Source of the DNA: Octopus vulgaris
Lineage: Eukaryota
Assembly: GCA_951406725.2 (NCBI GenBank)
Contig: OX597819.1
Span: 67,518,001 to 67,582,000 of the forward strand
Length of the DNA stretch: 64,000 nt
Reading direction: 5' to 3'
The first letter of the stretch is position 1. Each line of letters opens with the position of its first letter. This document shows positions 14,770-29,540 of the stretch, in pieces. The position numbers and the translations under genes were made by a program. The notes under the pieces are model-generated. The model saw only the letters and a program-made list of their open reading frames with translations, ran no database searches and was not told the origin of the DNA.

Positions 14770-15400
14770 GGTGGGTGGTGTTATGCTTCCACATCTGTAC
14801 AACACAATTGCTTACATTTACTAAACAGTATATATTGATTTAGTATCCTATTGAAATTGTACGTGTATTGTTATCACATCATAATACTAATTATGAAAAT
14901 CAACATTGCTTTCTTGATCACCATTGCAACCTTCGATATCATCGTGATTATATTTTGATCCTATAAACCCATAACTGCAAAGTTACAATCTTTCTTCTAA
15001 ATATTCTGCACACTGAATCCTGTTCATCTTATCCATCTTTGAGAATTCTTCATGATTTTGAATGGGATTAAATGAAGACGATAATTCCGAATGCGTTATA
15101 TATATATTTAAGAAAGATTTATCGCTCCTGAAATTATTGCTACACATGAAATTGGAATTTTATTTTTCACTATCGGAATACTGACTCATGACTAATTTAG
15201 TCCACACCATTCTAGCCTTTAAACAATGCCGTCACGCTGAATAAGCAGTCACGCCAACATTTCGACAGCCCGTCTCAGAATTACATATTTACAACTAAAC
15301 GAACTCAAGAACCGTGAAGCGAAATATCATACACAGGAATAATACACATCACCAAACCCTAGATGTGATATTTAGTGTAAAACGTTAACCTCCAGTGTCC
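14770..15400 (+). repeat. Conserved upstream block of the GPCR duplication unit (before copy 3)
   Basis: TGCTTCCACAT..ACAATT and CCGTCTCAGAATTACATATTTACA..AACCGTGAA motifs recur upstream of copies 4, 5 and 6. Confidence 0.75.
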
Positions 15401-15851
15401 AACTCCGTATAAAACACCATTCATTGTTACTTCTTGTGTTTTTACGACAATATTTGCATAATTTCATATTTACACGCACATCCATATCTAAACACGCGCA
15501 CACACACCGAGACACACACTCACACAAACACACCCACCCATATATGTATACATGTATACATCTATATAGATGTACAATCATAAGTACATTTATACGCTTA
15601 AGTGATTTTGTGATTGCGTATGTATATGCATACGTAGCCAATTCTATATCCTTATGCATACCGACGTTTATGCAGGGGTTTATCTGAGAAAGCGTAAAAC
15701 ATCCACAATAATTAATTCTTTCATTCTGACACGTCTATTAATTACACGTCACAAAACTTTTATTACTTATTAGTATGGTTATTAACACTAATAACTTTAC
15801 TACTACTACTACTGCTGCCGCCGCCGCCGCTGCTTTTGCAGCTGCTGATGG

Positions 15852-15916
<65 letters not shown>

Positions 15917-16399
15917 GTGGTGGTGCTGCTGCTGCTGCTACTGCTGCTACTACTATTATTAGTATTATGATTATTATTTTTATATATATAATTGAATTTA
16001 TTGTTGTTGCTGTGGCTCTTGTTATTATTCTGCTAATCAAACAACATCCGTTCCTGGCAGTGAGATACATGTATCAGATGTCCACAACCAACTGACTTTT
16101 AAAATTCTCTCACATTCCTAAGAAATGATGTTTTCCGTATTTGAACCATCCCGATAATGTCCAACTTTTTTTTGAATAATTTTCAATTCTGGAGCTCACA
16201 ATACCGAACGCCGCGTATGCAAATGACTCCGGCTTACAGTATAGTTGTTTTATTGCTGTTGTTGTTATCGTCTTATCCCCACCAACCACAAGCTGTCCTT
16301 GAGGCGAAAAATTGAAATAATTAATATTGTTTTTGTTGCTCTTTTTTATGTTGTTTTTGCTGGTGTTCTTGTTCTTGTTCTTCTTGTTGCTAAGATAGC

Positions 16400-16602
16400 G
16401 ATCTAGCAGTTTTGATAGCACAGCAAACAGTCTGTCAATCGGTGTTTCCTCTCTCTTTATGATCTGAGTTGAAACTCCGTAGAGGTCAACTTTGCCAGTC
16501 ATTCTTTTAGAGTAGATAAAATAGGCACCAGTTGAGAACCGTTGTCGATGTGATCGACTTAAATATCCAAAGTAGCTGGCCAATGGCCAAAATTTGAAAT
16601 TA
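16400..16602 (+). mobile_element. Degenerate SINE fragment
   Basis: GATAAAATAGGCACCAGTTGAG..GTCGATGTGATCGACTTA..CCAAAATTTGAA, related to 43480-43595. Confidence 0.5.
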
Positions 16603-16679
16603 GGATTATTATTATTATTATTATGAGTGACATTATTAATATTATTATTATATTATTATCATCATTATTATTACTATAG

Positions 16680-17230
16680 ACGTCGCACAGTATACAATAT
16701 CGTGAGATTGAAGCTATTGGGTCTATCGGAGTTTTGCACTGCTTGTCCAGTCAACGAAGACCTCAGACAGAAAGCAGTTCCAAGTAATGCCGACATTAGA
16801 TTGAAGGGTAATTCTAAGGTTTACACATGTTTTTTTTTTCGGATTAGGTAGTATTGAACCAAACGCTCCGATGACAATAGGGATAAACTTTATGTTTGAC
16901 GCTCATATCACAATTCTCAGGTCTCCATAATTATCAATCTTTTCTCTTTCTTTCATAATAATTTGTTGATCTCGTGGCACTGCCACATCAGTTATTAGTC
17001 ACTCTTATTTGACCCTCCTAAAGGTTACTATTTGCAACCTGCGGCACTCTGACACCTTGTGTGTTTGGAAATCAAAATCAGAGAGAATTTTTGCCTTCAC
17101 TTTTTCGTTCATTACATTTTCCAGTGTATTTTGGTTCCAAGCACCCGTAACCATCCATACTTACGGAAATAGTACTCAGTAGAAGTTTGGGGCTACCTTC
17201 TCGAATCTACGCTTGTACACTTTCTGCGCA
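16680..17230 (-). mobile_element. R4/Dong-like LINE 3' fragment in (TTA)n
   Basis: Minus-strand remnants of the RLE region (ILSDFDFQT.., IPIVIGAFG.., ALLGTA..LR); bracketed by (TTA)n. Confidence 0.65.
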
Positions 17231-17233
17231 TTA

Positions 17234-17294
<61 letters not shown>

Positions 17295-17350
17295 CATTAT
17301 TATTAAACAAATTTCTGCATTATTGCTAGTATTAATGAATATTTGTTAAA

Positions 17351-18241
17351 GAGGATATAGAAGAAAGCATATTTAAGAACTGTACCGTGATCATTAACTT
17401 TGATAGAACAAACATTGCTGTCATTTAATTTGTACGGTATGCATCCATAATTTTGTTAACTTTTGGAACTATCGGCAATTTAACCACCATGGCAATATTT
17501 TACAGCAAATCCATGCAAAAGTCTAAAATTGCTCCGTATCTTCTCTGCCTTCTTATTGTCGATAATTTTCAAATCCTGATGATTTGCTTAAGAAATATTT
17601 GGATATCATATAATTTAGAATTTTTGGAAGCATACTTGAACGGAAATCACCCTTTTGGTCACATCCTTTCTATTTTATGTATTCTTCCTGGATAACAGTG
17701 AGCATTTCCGTTGAACGATTGTTGGTGGTCTGTTATCAATTTTCACGACGGTATTTAGCGAAAAAATTTATCCCATACATCGTACTGTTCTCTCTTCTTT
17801 TTATCGTTGTTTCTTCATACTGCACATTATTTTTCTTTCCAGAAACGTCCTCCTAGGCTAACTGTAGTCACTACTTCTTTTATTCCCGCATCGTGCTAAG
17901 CTTTAAGCACTATTATTTCAATTTACAAATTATTCAGTCAACCGAACCTGGGTCAGTATTCTAATCGAAGCGGTGCAACTCAAAGCAAGAAGTTGCTGTG
18001 TATCATAATTACTATAAATTTTGTATTTCTGTTAACACTGTTTCCCCATTCAAACTATAACTTTGTTATAATATTTCCGAATTGCAAATTTTATTCCACT
18101 TACCATTTTTCAGATATGCTAGCTCTGATGAACTACTGTCTAAACTTTATAATGTATTTCATAGTTAGTAAACATTTTCGTGCAAATCTGAATAATATAT
18201 GTTCGAAAGAAAAAAAACAAAACAACGCCTAACAAATAGAC

Positions 18242-18291
<50 letters not shown>

Positions 18292-18306
18292 AAGACGAAA
18301 TTAAAA
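17351..18306 (+). pseudogene. Class A GPCR paralog 3, pseudogene
   Basis: No ATG at the homologous start, in-frame TAA near 17426, FGTIGNLTT, PYLLCLLIVD, frameshift before SSWITVSISVERL, TM6-7 in ORF 17993, (TA)n expansion in the C-tail before KTKL. Confidence 0.92.
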
Positions 18307-18455
18307 CAATTTAACATGTTTAGTTCATACCCGCCACTCAAATTTTCATTATTTTAAACTATTTCCAAATATTTCATAAATATACACCCTATCACATATA
18401 TCTATATATCTAAGTATGTACGTATCTATCTATCTATCAATCAATCTCCCTCTCT

Positions 18456-18573
<118 letters not shown>

Positions 18574-18606
18574 GCGTGTGTATGTGTGTATTTGTGTATA
18601 TATACT

Positions 18607-18679
18607 AGGTTACGGGTGCGTAAACATTCCAGCATCGGTTTCTAAGCGGAAATGGTGGGGGAAGCAAACACAGACAGAA

Positions 18680-18690
<11 letters not shown>
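18607..18690 (-). mobile_element. Internal fragment of the SINE family at 56366-56790
   Basis: Reverse complement matches AACCGATGCTGG..TGTTTACG..CCCGTAAC. Confidence 0.6.
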
Positions 18691-18731
<41 letters not shown>

Positions 18732-18774
18732 ACATATATATGTGTGTTTGTTTACAGGGTGCGTAAGTTAGTTG

Positions 18775-19438
18775 AGGACATACATTGTTTGGGTCATTGC
18801 TGCATTTTTTGCTCACTGTGTATCATCTTTGTTTCAGGAAATAATAATAATAATGACATACCCTCAGCTTACTCAAGAAATAAAGAGACATACGGTTATA
18901 GTGGCTATAAAGGCAGAGCATAGCAATTGGGAAAACTCTCGATTTTAAAAGTTGCCAGGACTTCTGTCTACAAAATTGTAAGGAGCTAGAGACTGAAGAT
19001 GGAAACGTATCACCAGTATCAAAGTATGAGAAGCATACTAAATGCCGTAAAATAATCAGAACACATGTATCTATCCAGCAACTTCAACAGACCATTGATG
19101 ACAGAAAGTCCGCGAGATTAATTGCAGATGATCTCCATATGTCAGAAGGAACAGTCAGAAGTCTTGTCGACAAAGACTTCGGATATAAATTATTTTATGA
19201 TGAGGAAATATCAATCTGTTAGAAACAGCAAAAGAAAATCACTACATCAAATCTAAAACGCTCTTAAACAATCTAACAATTCCAGCAGAAGATGTGATTT
19301 GGTTTTTCTCCAATGAGAAAAACTTCGACCAAGATCGAAAGATTAACAGAAGAAATGACAGATGTTTATGCGCAGACACTTCGGAAATTCCAAATCTTAT
19401 GCAAACAAAATTTCCTGCAGCTGTCATAGTTTTAGGGA
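18775..19438 (+). mobile_element. DD37D/maT-like transposon, 5' half
   Basis: Decayed frame IWFFSNEKNFDQDRKINRRNDRCLCADTSEIPNLMQTKFPAAVIVLG; same family as 3340-4335. Confidence 0.75.
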
Positions 19439-19454
19439 TATATATATATATATT

Positions 19455-19636
19455 ACATTAACCACACCGAATCCATTTTAAGAGATCCATCTTCGAGAAT
19501 TCTTCATGAATCTGAATGGACTTAAGTGAAAACGATACCTCCGAATAAGTTACACTCATACACACAGATATATATATATATATATTTATATATATACCTA
19601 CATATAAATATTTATCTATCTATCTATCTATCTATA

Positions 19637-19680
<44 letters not shown>

Positions 19681-19704
19681 TACATATCTATCTATCTATC
19701 TATC

Positions 19705-19783
<79 letters not shown>

Positions 19784-20060
19784 TGTGTCAGAAGCCTTTA
19801 TCTCTCCTGAATTTTGGTGTTTCACGTGAAATTGGAATACCTATGCATGACTAATTTGGTGTACACCATTGTAGCCTTTAAAATGTGCTGTTACACTGAC
19901 TGAGCTGTGAGGCCAACATTTCGCCAGACCGTCTCAGGACTATATATTTACATCTAAATGAAATCGAGCACCGTGAAACGAAATAATCTAAACAGGAACA
20001 ACACACACCACCCAACCCAAGATGTTGTGATATTTAGTTTAAAACGCTAACCTCGGAGCC
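19455..20060 (+). repeat. Partial extra copy of the GPCR upstream block
   Basis: GAGAATTCTTCATGAATCTGAATGG and CCGTCTCAG..ACCGTGAAACGAAAT match 15040-15400; no GPCR follows directly. Confidence 0.7.
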
Positions 20061-20564
20061 AACTCGTCCGCAGCAAATTTACTTAATTTGAAACAGCAGC
20101 AAACGAAATAAAGATAGGCTATTTTTGTCTATTCCAAAGGAAAACGATTTTATTCACACAAATATGCAATCGAAGAGTTTAAAGTACCAATAACGATAAG
20201 GCTGTTGACTGGGAGAACAAAAACATGGTTTAAACAGTAAGCTTGGCAGGAAAGAAACGTGTCTTTAAGCAGTACAAAAACAACAAATAATGGAAGGTGC
20301 AATTATGTACATGTTGACGGAAGAAAAGCAGGACAAAAACGGCTTTATCGATCGTATTTTCACAAATGCAATCATTAATCCTTAATTTATAGTAGATTAT
20401 CCCGTATATCACAATTATGCTTTTGCTAACTTTGAAATTTTAGCCAAAATGCTAGGTCCTAAAATGAAGCTTTATCTAGGGTTCCTTAAAGAGATGCGTT
20501 AACTTTTCTCGCTGAGTGTAGTATCAATAATAATTAAAACGACAACAACAACAACAACAACAAC

Positions 20565-20644
<80 letters not shown>

Positions 20645-20645
<1 letters not shown>

Positions 20646-21881
20646 TGGAAAATTACTATAAAATAACTACCATAGGACTGCAAAAATACCTACTTCAGAA
20701 GCAAGGAAAACTGATACAAATAGAAGGCAAAACATGAGCAAAATAAAAAATTGTTCTCAGTATTTAAGGAAGCTGACAAATACAAACAAGAAATCAAGCA
20801 AATTTGAAGAAGAAGAAGAAGAAGAAGAAGAAGAAGAAGAAGAAGAAGAAGAAGAAGAAGAAGAAGAAGAAGAAGAAGAAGAAGAAGAAGAAGAAGAAGA
20901 AGAAGAAGAAGAAGAAGAAGAAGAAGAAGAAGAAGAAGAAGAAGAAGAAGAAAACACAACAAAAGCTATAAAGCAAATGAAATCAAAACTAAAACTAGAA
21001 CAGCAACGGACCAGGATAAAACGATGGCAAGAAAAGCCCCTTCATGGCAAGTACTGGACTAAACTAAATGCAAAAGAAATAGACAAAGAAAAATCCCAGC
21101 AATGGTTATGAAGCTCAGGACTCAAATCAGAAACAGAGGGATTTTTAATTACAGCACAAGACCAAAGCCTCCCCACCTGAAATTACCAAAAACATGTAAT
21201 GAAAAGAAATATAACAAATAACTGCAGAATATGTGGAGATGGACTAGAAACAATAACTCATTATTTCTGGCTGCCCAGTCCTGGCTAAGAAGGAATATAT
21301 TCACAGACACGACAGAGTTGGAACCTACATACGCTGGAAGCTATGCCAACATTATGGAATAACAATAGAAAAAAAGATTGTATAGGCACACACCAGAAAA
21401 GGTCACAGAAAACGAGAAAGCAACCATACTCTGGGATATGCCAATACACACAGATAGAGAAATTAAGGCCAACAGACCAGATATAGTTGTCAGAGATCAC
21501 GAAGAAAAAAATGCTTTCTAATTGATGTATCAATACCAGCAGATGACAACGTGGCTCTAAAAGAAATGGAGAAACTTTCAAAATACAAGGAACTGGAAAT
21601 AGAGGTAACTAGAATGTGGAATCTAAAACAAAAACAATTCCTATCATAGTAGGTGCATTAGGCATGATAAAAAATATTCAGACAAATACATAACAAAAAC
21701 ACCAGGACGTACAAACACATATAACATACAGAAAATTGCACTACTAGCACCGCACACATCCTACGCAGAACACTTTCAATACAGTAACCATCAGAGCATC
21801 ACAACAAATCACAGCACATACCCATGGCACACAGAGCTGCGCTCGGTAGTGAAGTGAAAGCACGTTATAAAAACAAAACTA

Positions 21882-21885
<4 letters not shown>
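20645..21885 (+). mobile_element. R4/Dong-clade (RLE endonuclease) LINE, 5'-truncated
   Basis: WQEKPLHGKY, GLKSETEGFLITAQDQ, CCHC finger CRICG..H..GC, RHDRVG, ILWD, RPDIVV, EKLSKYKEL, PIIVGALG; (TAA)n on both sides. Confidence 0.9.
20806..20952 (+). repeat. (GAA)49 microsatellite inside the LINE ORF
   Basis: Pure GAA run, in frame as poly-Glu. Confidence 0.95.
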
Positions 21886-21976
<91 letters not shown>

Positions 21977-21994
21977 TGATGATAATAATAATAA

Positions 21995-22500
21995 AGCAAG
22001 ACATGACAGAGTCGGCCAGTATTTACATTGGACAATATGTCGGCATTATAAAATCAAAACCGCTGACAAATGGTATAAACATCTTCCTGAAGCTATGACT
22101 GAGGGAGAAAATGTGTCGATTCTATGGGACTTCCCCGTGCAGACCGACAGGACTATAAAAGCCAATAAACCGGATATAATTATAAAAGATCAGACAAAAA
22201 AAGAATGTGTTTATTAATTGACATGAGTATTCCCTGTGATCACAATATAGCGGCAAAAGAATTTGACAAGATTAGTAAATATAAAGTCCTGCTAATGGAA
22301 ATTGAAAAAATGTGGCATCTCAAGGCGACTACAGTACTAGTGATTATAGGATCTCTAGGAATGATAAAAAAAAGGTACTGAAACCTATTTGAAAATGATT
22401 CCAGGCTTACCATCCCAATAGGAAGTGCAAAAAATCGTATGAACTGCAACGGCTCATGTACTGAGAAGAGCACTATCGCTGTGAAAATAACATCCATCCA
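21995..22500 (+). mobile_element. Second R4/Dong-like 3' fragment (different subfamily)
   Basis: ARHDRVG, ILWDFPVQTDRTIKANKPDIII, DKISKYK, VIIGSLG; follows (TAA)n. Confidence 0.85.
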
Positions 22501-22534
22501 TGAATTTATTTATATATATATATATATATAATAT

Positions 22535-22860
22535 GCCCACCTGACAACAAGATATGCGAAAAGGAAGAACAGTGGAAATATATAACGAGTTAGCTTGTGA
22601 GGTTAAGCAGTTGTAGTCGATGAAAAGGGTGGTAGTAATAGCAATAATTGTCGGAGCCCTGGGAACAGTAAAAATCTCGAGAAGTATATGGAACAAATAG
22701 GGGCTGCAATAAGGGTGGAGAACGTGCAGAAAACAGCACTGCTTGGAACCACTCGAATACTCCGGATGGTGCTCGAAAAATAAGAGTTGTTACCTTAGTT
22801 CACTTGTAGTGAACAGCTGGCCACCGTAGTGCATCTCCAGCATTAGAAGTTGTGCAAATC
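22535..22860 (+). mobile_element. Third R4/Dong-like 3' end
   Basis: IIVGALGTV, VQKTALLGTTRILRMVLEK*, then (TAA)n. Confidence 0.8.
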
Positions 22861-22864
22861 AATA

Positions 22865-22966
<102 letters not shown>

Positions 22967-23652
22967 TAATATTATTATTATAATAAAGCAATATGCCCTA
23001 TTAAGAACCAATATCTCATATTACAGATGCAGCTAATGAACATGCCTAAATTGGTGTATAATTATTCAATTAAGCATATCATTATATCTTCTTAAAAACA
23101 CCATATAAACCGCTACAATCTAACTCTACAAGTGTGTCATTTTTTTCTATAATTAACTTTAAAATTATAATATTATCTCATATATTTATATTTTTCAGGT
23201 TAATTAATTTTTAGTAGATTATTTCTATAGTATTTAATATACTAAAATGTTTTTGCATATAAATAAATTAGGAAACATATTCATAACAATAAACCTGATA
23301 CACATGCCTCCTTAATTTTAGCTACTCAAACTTTTTATTCTGATCTATTTGCACTATATGTAATACCATTTAATTACTGTCCTTATTGATGGTGGCAAAT
23401 TTAATGTAAGTTGTGTTTACATTATTATATTTATACTTATGTATTCATGACTATACATTTGATTCTATTAAAAGTGTATTTATATATACACATTTGCATA
23501 AGCAATTCTGCACATATATGTATATTCATGTTAAAATATATATGAATATGCATATGACTTTATATGAGGGTGTATATGTGTATACGTAGACATACATATG
23601 TACAAGTATGTATATGTACACACGCACACCGATATATATGTGTGTGTGTATG

Positions 23653-23705
<53 letters not shown>

Positions 23706-23732
23706 TGTAATTATATATACATATATATGAAT

Positions 23733-24006
23733 GTGTGGAGGGCAGCGGACTCGCGATCGTAGGATCGTGGTTTCGATTCCCAGACCGGGCGTTGTGAGTG
23801 TTTACTGAGCGAAAACACCTAAAAGCTCCACGAGGCTCCGGCAGGGGGTGGTGATCCCTGCTGTACTCTTTCACCACTCTTTCTTCTGTTGGCCTGCTCG
23901 CTTAGCCAGTGGGGTGGCATCATTCGAAGGCTAAAACAATGCGAACGCATTGTGCCCAGCGATGTGTAACAACATCTGATGGTCTGGTCGGTCACGTGAT
24001 CACGTG
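23733..24006 (+). mobile_element. tRNA-derived SINE
   Basis: B box GGTTTCGATTCCC; head and body similar to the minus-strand SINE at 61410-61700. Confidence 0.75.
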
Positions 24007-24425
24007 ATATATGAATGTATTCGTGTATAAATGAGTGTCTAAATGCACACACACACACACAAACGCATATTTGTATAGGTAAGATCAATCATAAAAGTAT
24101 TTGATCTAGTGAAAATATGGGTATTACATAATAAAAACAATACTCGTAACATGTGTGCTACTCAGTGTTTCTTATCCCGAGAAGTTGTCAAATAATGAAT
24201 TATAACAATTTTAACATCTCCGCTCAGTCATCAGGCACAACTCAACATATTGGAATTTTCTCAGTATGCTTGTTTACAAAGTTTTCCTTACTTAACAGAA
24301 TACACAATGAAAGCTTCTTCAAGACAAAAGTCACATACGACGGGCATGTTATATAGGTGTGTATATTTTTATTATTAATCATTCTATTTCATATTTATAT
24401 GTTTGTATGCATGTGTGAGTGTCTG

Positions 24426-24473
<48 letters not shown>

Positions 24474-24487
24474 GATGGGTGTCGGCT

Positions 24488-24544
<57 letters not shown>

Positions 24545-24984
24545 GTATAAGTCACAATCAATCGCTTTAAATTTTTAACGTTTAGAAAATCGCCGTTAAA
24601 TGCAGTACCAAAACCATGTCTCAAGGTAGACCCAAGCTAGTGTGCCGACAGAGCACCATAAAAAAATGTGTGGTCGTCGTGTGGTCTACGTCCGGAATTC
24701 TTAGTTGCATGTCTTCGATATCAATCATTTAATGTGGTTATATATATACATGTATATATATGTGTATCTGTACACATCCACATGTGTATATATATATATA
24801 TATTTGCGCACACACACACACAAACACACACATATATATATATTAATATAGAGTTTGATTTTGTGTACTAATGTACGTTTATATACATACATAGGTATCT
24901 TTCTCTGTCTCTGTCTCTCTGTCTCTCTCTCTCTGGCTCTCTCTCTATATATACATATATATATAAATTACACAAAAAAAAACG

Positions 24985-25995
24985 TAAGGGACGAGTATGA
25001 CAACAGGCAGACAGAAGGACGATACAAAGAAGACCAGGAAAAACAGGATGCAACATTCGTGGCGTTCCAATAATCATTACAGTTTCGGGCTGTTACACTT
25101 GAAACTGCTCAGAATTGGCAGGCTCCAAAAATCGAAGCGAAGGGTAATAAATCTTTGGGAGAAAGCGATTGAAAATGTGCGATATCAAGGAAAAAAACCC
25201 GAAAAAACGGAGAAAATGACTGTCTTTGTATACTCCTTCTGTCCGTATGTTTTCAGTGTCGTCTGATATGATCTTCCCTTTTTTATTTTTATTTATATAC
25301 ACATATAGCAGCGTCCGTAACATTTTACTCAGCTCTTAAGTATAGATCTAACTCTGTACGACTTTCTCCTCCGTTTCTTTTATTTTTCTCCCTCCCCTCT
25401 CTCACATTTCTTGGCATTCTGTTTCTTTAACCTCTCTACTTTACTCTTATCTCCCTTGTGCCTTTTCGTCTGCATGTCCATCTATCTCGTTCCTTCCTAA
25501 TTTTTCAATCCTTCATCTCCCTACCGCTCTCTGCTCCTCCTACGTGATCTTTCCTTCTTGGCTTGACCGCCGCTCGCACAACATCTTATTCTCCTTCTCT
25601 TGACATTCATCTATATTTTTTGCGGCAACGCCGTCCGCTTCATACTCCAGCTTAACTTAAGTTGCACTTTTAGTCGAAAGACACCTGATGTTATTCTTGT
25701 TGTGTGTATTTGTAATCGTATAAATTTTTCTCAGCTTTCTAGTTATTTGTTCGGTATTGCCGCATATATTCGCTCACTTCCTTTCAAAATTTCATGCCTT
25801 TAGCTTAGATTTATGGGGCCTAAAAATTCTGAACATTCTAAAGTGTAACAGTTCGAAAATGAAATGATGATTGGAAGCTTGACTGAAGAATACAGCGTCC
25901 CGAAACATCCATCCTCCTGGTTTTCCTGTGCGTCTTTGTATCGTCCTTCTATCCGTATGTTTTCATTGTTGTCAGTTACGTTCTTGTTCCGTTTT
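24985..25995. mobile_element. Remnant with diverged ~140-bp inverted ends (Penelope-like pLTR type)
   Basis: GAAGGACGATACAAAGA..TCCAATAATCATT..CTGTTACACTT versus AAGTGTAACAG..ATGATGATTGGA..TCTTTGTATCGTCCTTC. Confidence 0.5.
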
Positions 25996-27432
25996 TAGGA
26001 TTTATATACACATAGAGCCGAGTAAGTACAACTTTTGCTCAACTTGTAAATATATATATGATGCACCGCCGTTTTGCTACACTGTTATTACTAAGAGCCT
26101 CCTCTATTATGTGGCACTAATTATAATTATTGACATCCCTGATAATGTCTAACTGTCTATATAGTAATAATATTTAAGTGTATATATATTTAATTAAACT
26201 ATATTTAATATAACAATCATTAAAATGTTGATCGTATATAGATACTTATTATGTACATAGTGCACTTATATGCATAAATTCTTTTAATATGTCTACTAGT
26301 ATTATAACAATAATTATGTTTTTTCTAACACGAATGCATACCAGAAGCGTTTTTTTTTCCATGTAATTACCTTATATACTTCACTCTATATCCATTTACA
26401 ATACTGAAATATATTTCTATTATAATTCATTATAATCTATTCTCAATTTACTTACATATTGGAACTCCTTATTTAAATGCTGTTCATGTTTTTCTGCTTG
26501 ATATCAATCTCCATATTCTGCAAACATTGTCTCCATGAAATTTAAGTTACTTTCTCTTTGTGTCTACATTTATTTACTTTCTTTGTGATCTTTCATCTTC
26601 TAGGTTATTAACGAAAAATACATGATTTTTTTTTCCTTATCTAGTATCTACAAAATCATTTACGTGTTACTTTTTAATATCTTACTCAATTTACCTTATC
26701 CTTTTAAAAACCGTCTTATGAATTTCTATTAATTTTATTCCTATTGTCTTCCATACTTTCTAAGATACTTTTCTTAAAATATCTAATTTTATCTTTCAGC
26801 TTCTAATTTCTAATTTAATATTGTTTTTATTACTCTCACTGATATCAATCCATATTTTTCAGTTTCACTTTGTTATATTTTTTCGCTATCTTACGTATCT
26901 TTTATTTTCTAGGTTATCTAATATAAATACATTTTCTTTTTTCGTATAGCGAAATTATCTACTACTTACATTATATCTTACTAAATTCACAATCTTTTCA
27001 TTACAATGCTGTCTTTTTAATTTCTATCAATTTTATTACCAATTTTTCCATATTTCGCAAGGCATGTGTATTAAATATTGTCTATGCGTTCTTAGCACGT
27101 TCAGTGGAGGAATTAGCGTTAATCATAGATTTAGTTTAAGCGGAAGAGCTAGCTAAATAACAGCATTAACTTACACATCGTTTATATTAATGGGAACATC
27201 TAAGTAATTTGCCTTCCTTAACATATAACAAAAGAAATAATCTATCTATCCAGTTACAAAACAAGTGATGTTACATCACCATTTCTAGTGGTCAAATAAA
27301 TTTTATTATACTATGTTTCATTTGAAATTTATAAGCTTATAAATTGATATAGATATATGTATAAAAGATATATAGTTAGATAAACCACACGTATGCACAA
27401 CACACAATTTATCAATATATATCAACATTTAA

Positions 27433-27527
<95 letters not shown>

Positions 27528-27609
27528 TGTGTATACTTGCAAATAACTTGATGCACATTGATACATATGTGTGTATGTGTGAATATGTATTGTCTTAACG
27601 TTGTAGGGT

Positions 27610-28035
27610 GGGATATGCTTCTACATCGTTAAATTACAGATTTATAGATTCCCTCAACAGAGCAAACTTCATTTAAGGAAAGTCAATTCAGCTTAATGAA
27701 AGCATACAGTTTGCTTTACGGAAGCAGAACTATATATCGATTTGTTAAATAACTAAACGTGTACATTTAATGACATCGTATAGTACGAGCTACTACTAAT
27801 TATATAAATCAACACTGCCTTCTAGATCGCCATTTCAATCTCCGCCATCATTTTGTCGCTACGAACACACTAATCTCCGCCATCATTTTGTCGCTACGAA
27901 CACACTAATCTCTGCCATCATTTTGTCGCTACGAACACACTAATTTCAATGTTACCATCATTTTATATTACATTCAGCAGGCTGGACATTGTTTGATTTA
28001 TCCAATATCTTCGAGACTTCTTACACACACACACA

Positions 28036-28094
<59 letters not shown>

Positions 28095-28778
28095 AAGACA
28101 GAAGCTGGAATATACCAGAATTATTATGAATTATAACAACTATTTTGACACATGTAGCATCATTCCTGTTATGGGACACTCAACAACTGGATCAGAAGCA
28201 TCCGGTGGTACAGTATCCGGTGTATCTTGTTGGGTGAAAAATAAATGAAAAGAACTCGTTAAAATGACTGTTCCACAATATAACGTCCAGTTTGGTGGAG
28301 AGAAAAACGGCCAGACGGAGGAAAAAATCTTCATTTATATAGAAAATCAAATATAGAATTGCAGAAGACAAAAGAAAAACAAACACGCACTCCAGTGAGA
28401 ACAGTATTGAAAATGAAATGTATATATATATCTTCTCCTGGAATTATTGTTTCACTAGAAATTGGAATATATTTTCATGACTATGTTGGGACACACAATC
28501 GTAACCTTTAAGTAATGCTGTAACTCTGACAAAACGGCCAGGCCAACCTTTCCAAAGCCCGTCTTAGAATCTCACATATACAGCTGACCTAAATGGAACT
28601 CCGTGAAACGTAATGCTTTACTTCAGAACAACGCACACTGCAGTTTTGGGAAATCAAGCTATTCATGTTGTGATTCTTAGTGTAACATGCTATGACAACT
28701 AGCCATGCATTTAAGATAGCCAACACTTGATAAAGCAATCTAAAACATTAGTCCTTGTGTCCTTCCAACAAAATATCA

Positions 28779-28831
<53 letters not shown>

Positions 28832-29100
28832 ACACGCACATCCACCAGGTACCAATATATGCATAGATGTTTCCGTTCCTGGCGGTGTAATATATTTATT
28901 AGATCTCCACCATAAATTGACTAGGGAGGCACTGTCAAATTTCAAGCAATTTTTCAAGCATGCTTTCTCGGAGTTCTACAAACTAATGTGTTCTCTTTTT
29001 GCCAGGCTCTGATGTTGTCTTAAATTTTATTACGAATTTTTATTTCTACTTCTCACAGTATCAGGTGCCCCGAGTACAAGTGAAACCGACATAAACTTCC
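27610..29100 (+). repeat. Conserved upstream block of the GPCR unit (copy 4)
   Basis: Colinear with 41630-42860 and 58200-59340. Confidence 0.8.
27837..27944 (+). repeat. 3 x 35-bp tandem repeat
   Basis: AATCTCCGCCATCATTTTGTCGCTACGAACACACT at 27837, 27872 and 27907 (one mismatch). Confidence 0.95.
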
Positions 29101-29265
29101 TTTATTCATTATTATCATTATTATTATTGTTGCTGTTTTTTCTGTTGTTTCTTCTTTTCTTCTTCTTCCCATTCTCCGTCTTCTTTTTCATTTTCTTCTA
29201 CTTATTATTATTTTTCTTATCATTAGTATTATCATTCTTGCTGTTCTTCTTCTTGTACTGCTTCA

Positions 29266-29336
<71 letters not shown>

Positions 29337-29393
29337 TCACTTTTTCTATTTATTATTATCATCATCATTATCATCATCATTATTATTATTACA

Positions 29394-29459
<66 letters not shown>

Positions 29460-29540
29460 TTCATTTTTATTTTTATTTTTACTATCGGTATCGTAGTCAA
29501 ATTTATTTATTATTGCCAGAATTGCCGAAAATTTGTAATA

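Noticed and set aside
15738-16095. Poly-Ala/Asp/Ser ORFs
   Set aside because: Compound trinucleotide microsatellite open on both strands.
27837-27944. 35-bp repeats as a possible CRISPR array
   Set aside because: Contiguous tandem copies without spacers, no cas genes, eukaryotic context.
28090-28410. Short minus-strand ORFs in an insert upstream of copy 4
   Set aside because: No recognisable motif; probably a repeat fragment absent from the paralogous blocks.
29127-29540. 138-aa poly-Leu/poly-Ile N-terminal extension of GPCR copy 4 (445-aa ORF)
   Set aside because: Starts at TTG, is translated microsatellite, and paralog 5 has an upstream in-frame stop; the conserved ATG is at 29541.
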